From NCBI GenBank assembly GCA_965235115.1, contig OZ249436.1:35900001-35964000 (forward strand): DNA of 64,000 nucleotides. Direction: 5' to 3'. The DNA comes from Laetmonice hystrix. Taxonomy: Eukaryota. How positions within the stretch are numbered: the first letter of the stretch is position 1; each line of letters starts with the position of its first letter. A program made the position numbers and the translations under genes. The notes below the pieces were generated by a model. That model saw only the letters and a program-made list of their open reading frames with translations, was not told the origin of the DNA and searched no databases. Of this stretch, positions 23,901 through 38,900 are shown in pieces.

Positions 23901-26900
23901 CTGTCGTTTGTTGTCTGTTATAACCATGTCCTCGGTTAGCTGTGGCCGGGGGTGAGGGTAAGTACCCCCTAGGGGGTGTCGACTGGTGGTCGTCGTCTAT
24001 GTCATAGCCTCGATCTGCGTTGAAGAAATGGCCTACGTAGTTAGAACACAAGCCAGGTCAGAACTTATTTCATAGTCATGTAAACAAAATCATGGAGGCA
24101 CCGAGTGTGGGTTCCGAGTCGGAGAGGTGTAGAGCATGGTGACGCAGGCGAAGTAAGCCAGACTCAGGTTGTGGGTCGGGGCGGGATGGAGGAGGGTACG
24201 AGTTGTACCAGTATTCTCAGACTGTAGCCGGTCTTAGTATCTCAAAACCTGACGCTTTGAGAGAGCAGTTTCACTGCCATAACAAGTTGATTCAAATTTG
24301 TGGAAACAGCTGCTCCAGGATGAGTTAAGGTCATTATAGACAGGTGTAAGGGGAAGGAGAGCACAGAACAGCTGCTCCAGGACGAGCTGAAATATAGGTA
24401 GCTATGGTTGACATGTAGTCGTACAGGTGAAAGTGACCTCTGGTGCAGGATTGTTCCATGGCATTATAAAGTCTTTACATCTAAAGGGGTAAGCTAAGAC
24501 GTTGAGATTGATTATGAATATAGAAAATAAATTAAAGTTCCGCAAATTCAGAAAGGACCCTCTTTTCTTTTACTTTTCCGAAGCGTGAATGATCATGTTT
24601 TGTCTCTGCCACCGCCCCTGCCATCTACGCTTTAGATACGACCTGGTTTCACAGAAAGCTTTACTTTCTTTACAAATAAATAAATTCCGATCTTTTAAAG
24701 AAAAAAAATCATATGTACCGGGGTATTCACCTGGATCATCGAATCCACTGTCATCATCCTTGTAGTTACGCCTGGTCGGTGAGGTGGCCCCAGGTAGACC
24801 AATGAGTCTCAAGTCATTGGTGCGCATTGGGGTCGTGCCAGGGCCAGCCTGGCGCACGAAAAACTCCATCACCTCATACAGACTCCGCATTGGACGGTGC
24901 TGTTGGCAAGGAAAAATACCCCAAAATATCAGTCGTCGTATACAATACAAATTTCTACATGAGAAAATCTGATTTGAACTTTTAATATGAACTTTACGGG
25001 AAACATTATTAACGAGTAAATCTGAATTTGTTGTCATGGATTCTGGATTCTATGTCTTTTATTTAAATACATTGTATATCTGGGTAATCATGTCTTTTAA
25101 AGGATAGTTTGAATTCTTTATGGTACTCACATCATTATCTACATTGATTTTGAACCCATGTGGGGTCTTCTGTACTTCATAATGGTTTAGCTGTGTGCCC
25201 CTGTAAGACAATGAAAGCGTAACACATAAAGGTCGAGCAAATGCTGCAGCACAGTCATGAACAGCAGAAAAATCATTAATTTTAGTCGGCAAGAGCACGA
25301 TTATCAGAAATAAAAGTCCGGAAATACCATCTGTGATAGCATCTTGTATTTTACCCTAAAATCGCACCATATTATTTACAGCGGGACGCTGGAGTGCCTG
25401 TAGCATGCACCGAATGACCATGCAACAGGTGAGACCCCAAAAATACCGACCACTTTTTGCCAATACCTGGGCCGCACAGGTAATAGACATAAGTCAACAT
25501 CTGCCCCATTTGCCGGGTAATCCATAAGGCACATCAGGTTCTGGCTGTTCTCCCATGCCCATACTCAAAGAGATTCTCGCAAAATTTACTCCCGACACAT
25601 TTACTGGGATTAGCTCACTGGTTCCCCTGCCCAGCTGCGGGCTTCTGAGGCTCGCGGGAAAGTCCTTAGAAGTTCACATGCAAAATGCAATATAACATTG
25701 GTATAACGACCCGAAATAGCTTGTGATTCAATATGTACCCATTGTCAATACTGAAGACAGTGAGGAAGCATGCAGCACTATTTACCAAAGACCCGGTCCG
25801 GGTTTTAGGACGGAGTGGATTATAGCCATGGGAGGATGGACTGCATGGACAAATATTTCAACACAATCCTACACGGCTAGGTCTGCCTCTGGGGTCAGGG
25901 TAAAACGACTACACCCCCTCACCCCATGCAGTGGGGAATGAAAACCCAATTCACTTCCCAGTTCGGATTTTGGACCAAACGTCTATATCTGTGATATACA
26001 AAAAACGTTGTATTTTTGGCTTGACTTCCAACTTCTCTTTCATGTGTGGGTGTTTCATAAAAACGCATTGGCCGCAATAAATGAACGGGTCTTCATTTTA
26101 CAATACATTGCATAAAAAGTGACACACAATTCTCAAGACAGTCTGACAAATATTTCACCCATGCCTCCATGAAATACAAAGTTTTACAACCGACACATTA
26201 TGAACCATACACATATATACAGCACCATTTAACGATCGTTCCCAGCTCTTACTGAACCAATCGTATCTGTGAACCCCGCCGAGCCCTGTCAGATTTGACC
26301 GGTATACGTACCCTGCCACCTCGCGCCTCATGGAGATGACGTAGCTGCCTGTGTTTTTGAACGTCACACTTTCTCTGACCAGGACGTTCCCAAACCGTTT
26401 ACCCAGAGTCAGTGTGCTCTCGGCCACTTCTCGCGACGTGTTCTCGAAGAACCATCTGAAGGCAAATTACCAAAAACTATTTTCAAAAGCTCAATGACGG
26501 TCATGCAATATAGGGGCCTACACTACTGTTATAGTTGAGACTCTTGATAAAACCACGCGAATGATAAGAACAGATTCTTCTAAAATTGGGTTATTTAAAG
26601 ATGCCACTTCACATATTCTTATCAACAGCGTATGATGTGTCTACAGTTCTACACAATGGATACCCCCCCCCCCATCTCCACTTTTCATTTCTCGTTTTCT
26701 TCACGTGCCTGACTTATGTAAACTCCATGGAAAACCAAAACCAAAATGTAAACCCGTATTTGACGGAGGCTCCAGTGATGGTATGCTCTCCTGCACAGAA
26801 AGCAATAAAACTCACGGTGGGTGTTCTTTGTTTCTCCGTCCGTCGGTGTAGAACTGGTGCACCTGTAAGGATCACAGAGAACCGTATGGCGTGATGTTCG

Positions 26901-29900
26901 GAGAAACATGGTAATAACCAAGTCTAGTGATCTCCTTACAGATTCATAAATACAAGGTCCTTCGTGCGCAGACGTCTGTGGGGTACACTGACAGGGCATA
27001 TCGCCATCACGGTGCAAACCTCACACGCAAGCAGAACGGACACCGCAAAACGTTTCGATTTATCCTTCTTTAATTCACTCTTTAGAAACAAGTCTACATA
27101 GGCTTGAAGCAGATGTTATGGCCTGTTAACAATATAGTAGTCAATAAGGAAAGAAAACTCATCGGGATCATCCGACGATATTTATTCACGCACTAATAAG
27201 TGTTTAATTAAATCAGCCCATGGCACACCTGGGCCCGGTTTCAGAAAGGTTAGGATGATCTTAACTTAAGCTCTGCTTAGCCTTTTAGGACCCCTGATGG
27301 GCTAACCTTTATAAAACCGGGCCCTGGTCGTCAAGAAAAAGTATAAGGACGTCTTCAAAGCCAGCCCCCAAACTACACCTGATTTCAAGATAAACGGACA
27401 TCAAAGAAATCATTTAATAATGGTGGGATGTTAAATGCCGCCAAAGGGAGATGACATATGAGGTTATTACCCAGTGAGAACATGTGACATTGTTAACGGT
27501 AGACCTATTAAGTCCGGGGTGACGAAATGTTGGAACATAAGGTAACTACGCAGTCTTTTTGATCTTCTATTACCAGCTGAACACACCAATGCCTTTTCAT
27601 AACCCAGTTGCGGAACACTGAGAGGGCAATCAAGAAACTTGTTGACCCATGGGGGAAGCTTTAAAACCGACGGCCTAGTGATTCCCCAGTATGTGATTAT
27701 CGTTACGTAGGGCGACAAGATATTCTGTTTCATGATATACTGGTGCCCAAATGGCCTTTAGCACTTCATGATACGGATTGACAAAATGATATTCATTTTT
27801 AAGCGAAACATTTTCAATAAGTCAGTTCCTTTTTCCTTTACCTCGGCCTTAATAAAGCTCACTTGCAGAGTTGTCCCCTGACTACATGGCCGTTGACCCT
27901 TTCCGTTCGAACGCTTAACTGCTTAAATAATAAACCATATTTGCAAGTCTGTAGTGTTGAGACAAAGTTTTCTTTCACTGTCAACTGGTCTTCCCTGAAG
28001 TGGGTCTCTGCCCCTGTCAACCAAGGTTACATGCCACACCGACACGATGAATGTCGTCCTCGAATCCCGTCCCAACCACCACGTGCCACGCGCCTAGATC
28101 TACATGCTGACGAGCCAAGAACGCAAAAAGTGCACCAAGACAAAAAGCACAAAATACTTAGTAACCGTACCACCTTACCGATATGAAAACTGCTGGTACC
28201 TACAGTTTTTTGGTGGATGTACCAGTCTTTGTAATCCTTGAGCCTCCCCATGTCTATACCTCCTACCAGCTGTCACCTGGCCGGACCACGCGGTGTCACA
28301 CACTGACCGTTCCTAACGTACAGACCTAGCCCACAGTCTCGCTTTCAACCACCCACTGTCCCTAACGTCATAAAACGTTTGTCCGTTTCTACCAGTGGCT
28401 CTACCGGGTGGACAATACCCCCAAACCCAACCAGGATCCAGACAAAAGGAGCTCAGTAATAGACGCTCGTTTCTCCTTCTCTGGCTTTATCTTTGAAACG
28501 GTTTCACTGTGCCGTTAGTCGGGGTCTATCTACCCCGCTCTCCTCTACCTGCCGACTGAACATTTGGCAGGCTCCAGACTGTCGGCCAGAAACAACCATT
28601 CTGACAACCAAATATCCACTCTCGGGTCACCGGACTATCTCTTGGCAGTCCGTCTGAGCTCAGACAGTTGGATTCTGGCTGGTCAAGCACTGAGCCATCC
28701 TCTCCAAGAAGAAGAATGATCTACTTATTTGAGTCTAAAGATGCCAGTTTCACCCCCTAACTCAACCAGCCGAGTTCTAACTGGGTAAACCCATTCTCTA
28801 TAGTTAGGAGAATAACCTATTAAAAGGTCCAGGTACCTAACATGTGTAGCTCAGTGTTGTCAGTGTGAGCACTGTAGAGAATACAGATAACTGTCCCTTT
28901 ACTTCAAACAGAGGCCAATTTCGAAGGTTCCATTGCTTGAGATCAGATGCCATAGAGAAACAAATTACTTTGTTTTGACCCTAAATTCCATAAGGTCAAA
29001 GACGATGCAAATGCATCACAATGAATATAAAACAATGGTAGATTACTGTAATCAAATTTGTGTCAGTCTCTGTATGTATTAATTTGTAAAATATTATTTG
29101 GCACGATACGTGCAATAAGAGACCTAGACGGTACGAAGGTTTGGCCTGAGAATGCAATCATGCGGTCATTAAGAAGGCAGTTGATCAGTTATATAATAGC
29201 AGCATGGTGTTGCTCCAGTGCCTCCTGGCCCCAATGACTGGTAATGGGAATCAGAGCAAAGAGTCGGGCAGATCTGACCTGAAGGTCATGAAAAGACATG
29301 GTTATTAAAGTCTCAGATAACGTAAGTGGGGGCATTATGCATGTCTCGAAATGTTTTCCCATGAAAGGTGCATGACCATAATGAAACATTACAAGCTTTT
29401 AAAAAAGGACAACAGTGAAAGTTAGTTACACTGCTACGCCGAGTCTACGTATTCCCTGATGTTAATTCACTGCATGTAGTAATATCTTTACTAGGCAGTG
29501 GCACGACTTTCATCGGACTTAGACACTGAGAAAACACTGGAAACGGTTTAACACAAACAATTTAACATGTTGATGGCATGTGAACTCCTCCTAACCCACT
29601 CACTTCCAAAATAACCATTGGGAATCTGAACATCAGCCAAGCACGGGTCATCTGACTTAAAGTACCAGCCCACATTGTCAATGGTTGCCGACGTACTTAT
29701 AGCAATGCTAGCTGGACTTGTCTCAGACTTTGGATACCCAATGGTTGTATAGATATGGTGGCAAGTAATATGTCACGGCCATATTATATCCACCAGGTAC
29801 GTGATATACTAACTGGGACGCTATGCTGTATATGAGCCGAGTCATGCACGGTGCCTGTTCCTCCTTTCCTTCCTCTGCCCATGGCCTATAGGTACACAGA

Positions 29901-32900
29901 GCATTAAATGAAAGAAGGTCACCCGTTACAGTCCAGCGACTCTCCACTTCTCTTCTTGTTTTGCTTCCTTCTATGTGTTTCGGTAAATCGAAATTCCAGG
30001 TCTGGGTCAAAGTTCTTGTTAACAAATCCAACGTCCAGCAAAGATCAGGTTATTCCTGACGACCTTAACATTTCAAAGTTGAGTAGGACTTACAACTTAC
30101 CCCCGATTTCTTCTTTCCAACACCCATCTTAGGCGGGAGTGGTGTTTCTGAAGCGTGCCCTCTGACGATATGATGGTCGTGAGAGCTCACATGTGACCAG
30201 TTTGTTGGAGTCTTAAGGAGGGAGTTCAGAGCCTCCCGCTTTCATGTTGTGTCTATTACTGGCATTGCGTTTTGCTACAATGGACTGCTCTGGCTGCCAC
30301 AGTTCGCTGACTCAGTGTCCCTTCCAACCAATCAACACTCAGCCGGACCACAGATAATCATTGTGGATCCTTTATGTCAATAAATGAATCAAATTAAACT
30401 TTACATGTGCGGGGTGGGGTGAGCAAGCTTTCGCCAGCTGGTAGCCATACTTATGGTAACTTCCAATCAATATGGTCTTCAACCAGTATTATTTATTACA
30501 ATTAGTTCAATGAGATACATGTACAGGCAATTAGTTGCAATCCAAATTTGATATAAACTTCTCGTTTATTCCCAGTACTTTTCGATCTTAATTTCTTTGA
30601 GATCTGTGTGTCTCAAAAGCAATCAAACGCCGTATCTTCTTATGGCGCTTCGCAAGTAAGAAACACTTGCCTGATGACAATCTTTTTTTATGTCGGAATA
30701 TAACGTTTGGCGATCCCGCGGTGTAAACAGCCGTAATCCAAGAGAAGTCACAGATCGGTGCTATCAATAGATTGTTAGACATGCGTCCAACTAATAGTCC
30801 GTTTTAACGACTCGATTTAGCCACCGGTAGTCTAATTTTAATTATTTTAGGAACGTGTCAGATGGTAAACACCACCGGAATACAACTTGGCTTTCAAAAA
30901 AGGCCACCATTAATACAAATGTTGTACCATTCGGAACTTTCAGTGGGATTTACTGCAAAGAATAATGTCGTTTTGTAGCGTTCTAAAGAAAGTGTTGTGC
31001 CACGGTCAAGCTAAGTCCGTGTAGTCGATGACTCACAGAGTGTACGGGTCGATACCGGCTGACACGGATGGCGGCCGGGTGGGAGGGAGGCGGACCACGA
31101 GTAGGTCAACACGCACCAACTCTTCACCTGGTTACTCACCTTCGGGTCACTGTTTTGTTTTCCACATTACTATGGCAACGGAACGGAAAGGGCTATTTAT
31201 TACGGAACATTATGTTTTTCTTCCTGCAGTGCTACCAACCCTAAAATTAAAATTCCTGACCGAATAAAGAAAGAGATTTAGATTTAGAATAACATTTTGT
31301 ATTTTTAAAGGATAAGCTTCTGTGCCTGCCCACAAACACGTGTATTGATTTTAAATTTCCAGGTATTAATGCCAGTTAAACATCTTGATGTCACAGAACC
31401 ATGCCTTTTTCAAGCAATTATTTCTGTAGGTATGAATATCTGATTTCTACGGCCAGTGTGGCGCTGGTCAGATCTCTAGTCGACATAAGCCATGCAGTTT
31501 GATGGACCAAACCCCAGGCAAATGTAAACCTTACCTTCGTTTTCTCATTCAGTCGGACTGGCATGGTGCTGTAGCGGTATAAGTCCTCTAAAGGGACGTA
31601 TGAACTGCTATGTTCTATCGTGAAGGTAGCATCAGAAATCAGCCTTGATATCAGTTCTTCGTGACGCGACGACGATTGCAGAACTCGGTTTTAGCTATGC
31701 CAAAACACGAACATAAAACCAGCAACTCCACTGAACCTGACCAGGCTAAGTGTTACCACTCCAGTTAGTGAAGCTCGGCTCATCGACTTGCAACAACGAC
31801 ATGGTCACGAAATGCCCCCCATTTTCACCCAAACAAACAAAAACTGCTGCTCTCAGCAGTAACCATGGGAAATAGCTCACCCAAACAAAGGTTGTATATC
31901 AGTGGTATTTTCTGTTTAAATTATTACTGAAGGTTTTACCAAGGTAACATCTGTCTCAACCACCTTGGCCTCAATACTGCGAGCAGGTAAACTGAAGTGT
32001 TAGCTAACAATGCAGCCTGCCGAATACAAATACCGGTAGTTTCAGAAAAAACGGTATATTTGTTTTACGAAATGCTTGCAGTGATCACCACCGAATGTCT
32101 CGAGCTTTGTTCCAATTAACAGGTAGTAATCGCAAGGTTCAGAGATGTGCGGCCTTTCTGCTCCCAACGGGTTATTTTTGCCCGTCTGAAACAGTACTGA
32201 AGGCTGATTCCAGATACATGATTACTCTTGCATCATCGGACTGCATCCACAGCTGGCGCGGATCAAAGTGTCATAGTCAACAGAATGCCGGTATACCAAA
32301 GTCCAGGCAACCCCTGTTACATCAAAAGGACTGGGCTGTAGTAGGCAGGCTTTTTTTACAATTGTTTTAGCTGCTTGAGTAATTTAGCTATTGGCACAGA
32401 CACACACTGCTGGGCTGTCACAAACAAAAAAAACCCCTCCGGTCATTTCTAGGTCTCAGCGATAATTTTATTATCTCAAGGGAAAATATTACCTCAGATG
32501 GTCCTAGGTTCAAGGTGAACCTTTGTCAAGGTAACCTTCTTTAGACGAGGCGATTGTTCAGACACCATGCACTCGAAATTAAAGCGGAAAGTGTCCCAGC
32601 GAACTGCTCACCTCTTATGTTCGACCAGTTCCTTTCATACTGCCACCAAGCTAGGTCAGTCAAGGTCAGGTCATGTATTCAATGATCCCAAACGTAGACG
32701 TGTAGCATATGGCTATGTGTGGGGTTTGCCTTGGACCACGTTTACCGTCCCCAATGTTGTGGTGGTATGTATGGTCGAAAATTACAAGTGATATCGCAAG
32801 AATCTGTCCATATAGAAAATCTTCAGACCAATTAGACTGTCAAACTACTCCTAACGAAACCGAGGCGTCCTTTGTATAAAAAAAAATAGAAAAAGTGTAA

Positions 32901-35900
32901 CGCAATTTCTGCGTGCAACACGCACTACTCGGGTCAGGAAAAAAGTGCCCGTTCCAACGCTCCGCTAGATTTCCAAATGGCCGAATGTACCATGAGTTGC
33001 CATCGGGTTTTCTGGAGTTTTTTTGTCCATAACTGCCAGGGCAGGCTGCAGTAGGCTTTCTATACCGCAAATGTATGTTGAAAGCGTGTAGCCCACAATA
33101 CATTGATCCACCTCTGAAGGGTTAAGCGTAAATTTGACATATTTTATGGTTTTATATTGTCCCACTGTGAAGTCGACTGAGTCAATGCCTTCAGAAGGGC
33201 TTACTGTCCATGTCACTACCTACCTACCTACGCTATGCTCTACTGCTCGACTGTGTGTGAGTGTATTGTCACACCTTATCGACATCATTGATAGGATAAC
33301 AAAACATTTTGTAAAGATATCCTTCAAAAGGTGATCAACAATTCACAATGCCGATGTTACATCTGTGTCAAAAGCAACTTTAGCGGGGGGGGGGGGGGGG
33401 GGGTTCTTACATTACCGTGTGCTTCCATACGCACACCAAACGAAGAAACTCCCACACGTCTACACTGCGGGGGGGGGGGCTACCTCCAGGACTTTGTAAC
33501 GGGGGAGGGGGGGGGGGGTTTGATGTATGTATAAAACCTCTTAGGTGCGCCGTAGACATACTGCAAAATGATAACCCTGGAGTCAGCTGGGGGGGGGCTT
33601 AAGCCCCCAAAGGCCACCCCCCCCCCCTGGATCCGCCACCAGCACTGCGATTCTGACACACTACGTGTGTATTATGAAAGAGCCTTTGGTATGGCGTAAA
33701 GAGCCACAAGTCTGGTTGAATGTTCCTAGATGAAAACCTCCAAACCAGTTGTTACCGTGCACCGATTACCGCAATCATGAAGGGATTCAACAGTGCACCT
33801 GAAGACACCACCTGCATTCCATGATAGTTTTTTGGGGAGAATTCTTTATGACAGTATTGTTCGTTAAGGTATTCATCCATTTTAAAAACAGTGGGCAAAA
33901 ATTCTCGACACACTTGCTGTCCGTCGATAATTGAGTTATTTTTAATATTTCTTCTGTCTCCTCAACAAGCCTTTAAACTGTATTTCCTGTGTTATGCTCT
34001 ATAATCAGTATACCCCACACCACGTTTTTACGGATAAGTTCTATTCTCGAAACATTGCTACAATTTTAGTTATTCCAGTAAAAAAAACTCTCGTACCTTT
34101 GAGCAAGCAAGGTGCGGGCTTTGACGAATCTATACAACGTAGGCATGACATACCCAGAAAGTGCACTCTTTATGAATCAAGAACGTCCCAAGGCATTTTT
34201 TGATAAAGAGGTTAAAAATAACATCAAGTGTGGCCCGCCACTCCTCGGGCAGCCAAGTTCATACCACAGTTCCGGTCAAAACCACCAAACGTCTACCTGC
34301 CTGCTGTGAAATAATGAAGAAAAAGCTTGCTCCAATCTATCATGCATAGTGTGCCCATGAGTTGGCCACCACGGTAATTGGAGAACGGTAAAGAAGTCCT
34401 CCTGTTATTATATCTTTTACAATCCTTTACAACATGGTAGTTCGGAACGGTGAACAATCCAGACACATGACATCATCAGTCCACGAACGCAACAATACCC
34501 TTGGACGGAGTTCAAAGCGTAATCGATCTACACATTTTAAAGTCTGCAAATATGAAACAAGTAGAAACGCTGATCACAGGTCTAGAAGTCTGTGTACGGA
34601 GCAGTAGGTTGCACAGAAGCTTTCCACTTGGTAGACACATGCAATGGTGCTGGCGGGATTTTACACTCTGATTGTTATCAAAGGAAGACTCCATTTCATT
34701 AAAATGTAAAATGAAATCTCTCAGGCCCTCCAGCAGCAGCACGTGAAAACTCACCTTTACAGGTGCACCAGATTCCTTTTTCATGTGCATCTGGAGGGTC
34801 CACATGTTGTGGTCCGAATCCGCAGGTATAGACGTGATTCGTAGGGCCACCGCCCGATCTACATCATTGAGTGGACGTACAGCAGGTCCTTCTCCTAACC
34901 ACACTGAATGGATCTTTTTCTCGCATCCCCCTGCACGACTTGCCCTGCCCAGCCTATACCCGCGGTCGGCTGCACATGAGGGGTTTTCAGACTGTGACCG
35001 AGACACCACCCTCCGCTCACTGGTCTGGTTCGGTAGGGTGTGTGAGAGTGTGTGTCGCAAGCTGTCGATTGGTGGGGTGTGTGAGAGTGTGTGTCGCAAG
35101 CTGTCGGTTGGTGACTTTATGCTACTGGCCGACACAAAGTGTTAACCGATCGCCCGCCCTTCCTCTCCTATCGAAAGACGGGACTGCGACGCGAGGCTCG
35201 CGAGGCGAATCTGCCACGCCAGCACCGACATGGCTGGCCTTCCATTACCGAACTTAGATCTTTAAGTCAGTGTGGCCCACGTTTACCATGATTTAGTGCT
35301 CTACCCACGCTCTTCCCACTACTAACTGGAAATTTTACTGCCGAGTCAGTCTTTGTTTGTATTATCCACTCAACGAATCAATTTCAATTTAACTGTTGTA
35401 GATGTTCCCTTTATTAATAACTTATCTTGATAACTAATTATGATACACGTATCTTATTACTACAGGCAAATAGGCCTACATGATTTCGACAAAAGCCAAC
35501 GTCACTGACCATCTTGAGAATTTCAATCTATGCCCTGATAACATGAATTCATAAAGCGCTCAGCCCTGAAGATGATGAAGGCCATAAACTCTGTTGGGAA
35601 CTGTTAATATTTTTTTCTCGGAGGAGCATGGCGGGTGGCGAGACCAAGCTCAGTAGTGACCCGTCGACCCATGACGATGCCTGAACGTGATCGTCATAAT
35701 ACAGACAACCACTTCAGAATACAGTTTTTGCTCATTCAAAGTTAGTCGTAAACATCCCGACCTCATTTCGTAATCAGTACTTAAATGGTATGTCTCTTTT
35801 TCTACCGACAGATCTGCATCAATTTCTTCGACCCGAATAGTTTTTGAAATGTGATTGTCCTGGATTCGGGTAAAAATAACACATGTATAAAAAACCTACT

Positions 35901-38900
35901 AATCGGCCTATATTGTAACTCTAACGCTGATTATTGGCACATACAAAGTGCCATTAAATTACACGAACATCAATAGTCCCCACGTCAACCAAATATTCCC
36001 CAGTCCTCTCCGCAATTCCTGTCCAAGCATTCATGGCGACAGCTGTGGACAATTTGTGGTCAGCGTACGAGTTCCAACATTCGACCTCTTCCATCACATT
36101 ATAACTGGACGTTAGTACCACTGCTCGGAATGCTTGGTATTCATTACAACAAATAGCACAGAAAGCTTTACAATAAATCACTACGGTAGATTTCAATATA
36201 AGCTTTCCCTCTAAATCTTCTACATAAGACCACAGAGAGAGCGGTTTGTCTCAGGAGACTGTGGTGATCAACTTAACGTTCAGTTTCAATTTTGTAAGAT
36301 ATGCTCGTCCTGGCAGGTAATAGTCATTCTACTCTGTGTAAAACACATTCTTCACTCAGATACACAGACGATTTGTGGCCTAATTCTCCCTGTCAGCAAT
36401 GACACTTAACATTATAATACCTGGGCTCCTTTGTGATCATTTTTAGACATTCCTTCCCAGTTGAACCAGGAATTTAAATTCATGAGCACTTAATTTAAAA
36501 ATAAAATAACTTGATAATCGTATTCAACTTCTTGAAACATACCAGAGTGAAGAGGTTGGCGCAGAAAAAGATACGAATATATACAGCCGAGATGAACCCT
36601 GACGACACGAATATACGGTCGAGACGAACCCTGATGATACGATTATACGGCCGAGATGAACCCTGATGATACGAATATATACGGCCGAAATGAACCCTGA
36701 TGATACCAATATTATACGGCTGAGATGAACCCTAATAATACGAATATACTCGGCTGAGATGAACCCTGATGATACGAATATACTCGGCTGAGATGAACCC
36801 TGATGATACGAATATACTCGGCTGAGATGAACCCTGATGATACGAATATATTCGGCTGAGATGAACCCTGATGACCTTTGTGAGGATGCCGTCGTGGTGA
36901 TTACATCAACCTAATCATTCAGACCGTTAATTCTGTATGGACGGCGTTCCCCATCCATACTATCGACTACACCGATATCAAATTATTTTATGAGCTGTTA
37001 GCCATTAAGATCTTGCCACCTCGGTTTGTAAATTAATGATAAACCGGCGTGGAACGGTCACTACATCTGGTGGCAGAAACGGTACTAATATTCCCTATTG
37101 GATTAAACTGGCGTCATATTCAAAAAAAATATTAAAGTAATACCAAAGTTCTAATTTCTTGTGTATAGCATAGTCATAGTATAAGCTTTCAAATAAACCA
37201 CAAAAATTGATAGGTTTTTATTCTTATTTTCGAGAAAAGGATGGGTTAAGATTGGTAAATTTTACATTGAACTCAATGTAACCCGTATTTTGCATTGAAG
37301 CTTTTCCACTCTACGTCAAAAATTAGAACGATGACCTACCTTTTTCTCAGGTTTAAAATGATCAATATTGTCCTAAGATGAATGTATGTAAAATTTGGAA
37401 GACTGCTATTAGCAAAAGTCGTTCAGCGGAAGTAAAATGTCCCAGAAGGTCTATATCCCCATTAAATCCTATGTTAAGTTGATCAATCTTTACCCGTCAT
37501 TTTCTCGAAAATTAGCACGGTGACCTATCATTTTGAATGCTTTATTTTGAAGATTATACAATGACTATGCTATACACAAAAATTAGAACTTTGGTATTGT
37601 TTTAATTTTTGCCCTATGACACCGTTTTATCTTTAAAGGAACAAGAATGGACCCTGGTATACTCTGTTTCAGATTCGACATAATAGAGTCTGTTCTAATA
37701 TAAAAAGTATCGAATGTCCTTCACGTATACATAACCATAGTTACACTGCCCTAGTTATCTCAAATGCTTTTCAACTAAGCATCCTCCTGGGATAGTTCAC
37801 TTGCTGCGATGCCGTGCACTTTTTTCCGCGGGAAATAGTACTGCTGACTATCACCAGGGGGCAGCACTTGCGTTGCATAGGCGGGCTTTGGGTTCGGCCA
37901 TGTGAATCGAAATGTGAATTAAGATTTCAATGTGATTGCTCTCTACTTCATTAAATATTCACATCGCCTTCCCAGAGGTGATCATAACTGGCCCTACACA
38001 CGATTAACAATCTGTATGATTACATTTACAATTGTATGATGCATGTTTATATGTGGTTATCAGTTATTTCAAAAGGATTAGTCTACCTGTCACATATGTG
38101 AGGAGGTTTCTTCTTGATATTTCAAAAGAATTATGTCATGAGGGATTATAGTTTAAACCCAGACTTAAGTCATTGTCTGAGTGCATGTTACTGTGATAGT
38201 GTAGAAAACGACTTACGAAATACGGAGACGATGGGCCAGAGTCGAAGGGTCGATTTCCATTGGAGTTCAACGGTGATTGCCTAGGTGTGCCACCAGGGGG
38301 CGCCGGTATACTTTTGCGGTGTTCTCTCAGATCTGGGCGTCCTCCATACTCAGCTGGTCCACCACAATCTGGTCGTCCGCCGTAATCAGGCGGGACACCA
38401 TAGTCCTGCCGCCCTCCATCCTCCGGTCCCCTTCCATAGTCAGGCTGTGGAAGCCGCCGCTCACCCTTGGGCGACATTGGCGCAGGTGGTGGAGACTGCG
38501 GTCTCTTCATGCCCGGCGGAGGGGCGAAGAACTGGGGCGACAACGACGGCGGAATGTTCTGTGGCGACATGGGCTTGTCGGGCGGCACGGGCGGCAGCGG
38601 CGACGACGGCCGGTTCCTGACGACTCCAGGGGGCGGCGCCTCCCACGGCACCGGGTCTTCATGCAGATCCGTGGCGAACGACGACTCGTAGTTGGGCCGG
38701 GGGCGACGTTTTTCCGGCGGCTTGCCCAGGGAGAACATGGGCCACTGATCGAGGGCTGAGCTTTCGTCGCTAATGTCGGACAGCTGGTCCGAATGCTGGT
38801 AGCCGGTGGTGGAGGCGGCGCTGCCGGGAGGACTCGGGGAGCGTGGCGGTTGGATGTGGGAGCGGCTGGTAGCCAGAGGTTTGATGGCCAGCTCTGACTG

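Noticed and set aside
27842..27920. Possible extra exon before the SH2 exons
   Set aside because: Weak acceptor, ambiguous donors and no motif support; exon 26862-26816 already fits.
34512..35257. 207-aa ORF and overlapping ORFs
   Set aside because: No recognisable domain, includes a short tandem duplication, and is not needed for the phase-consistent gene model.
36570..36875. Hammerhead ribozyme core (CTGATGA) in the 34-bp repeat; also CTGAAGA...GAAA in the 1.09-kb unit
   Set aside because: No GAAA with a closable stem II and no convincing stems I and III.
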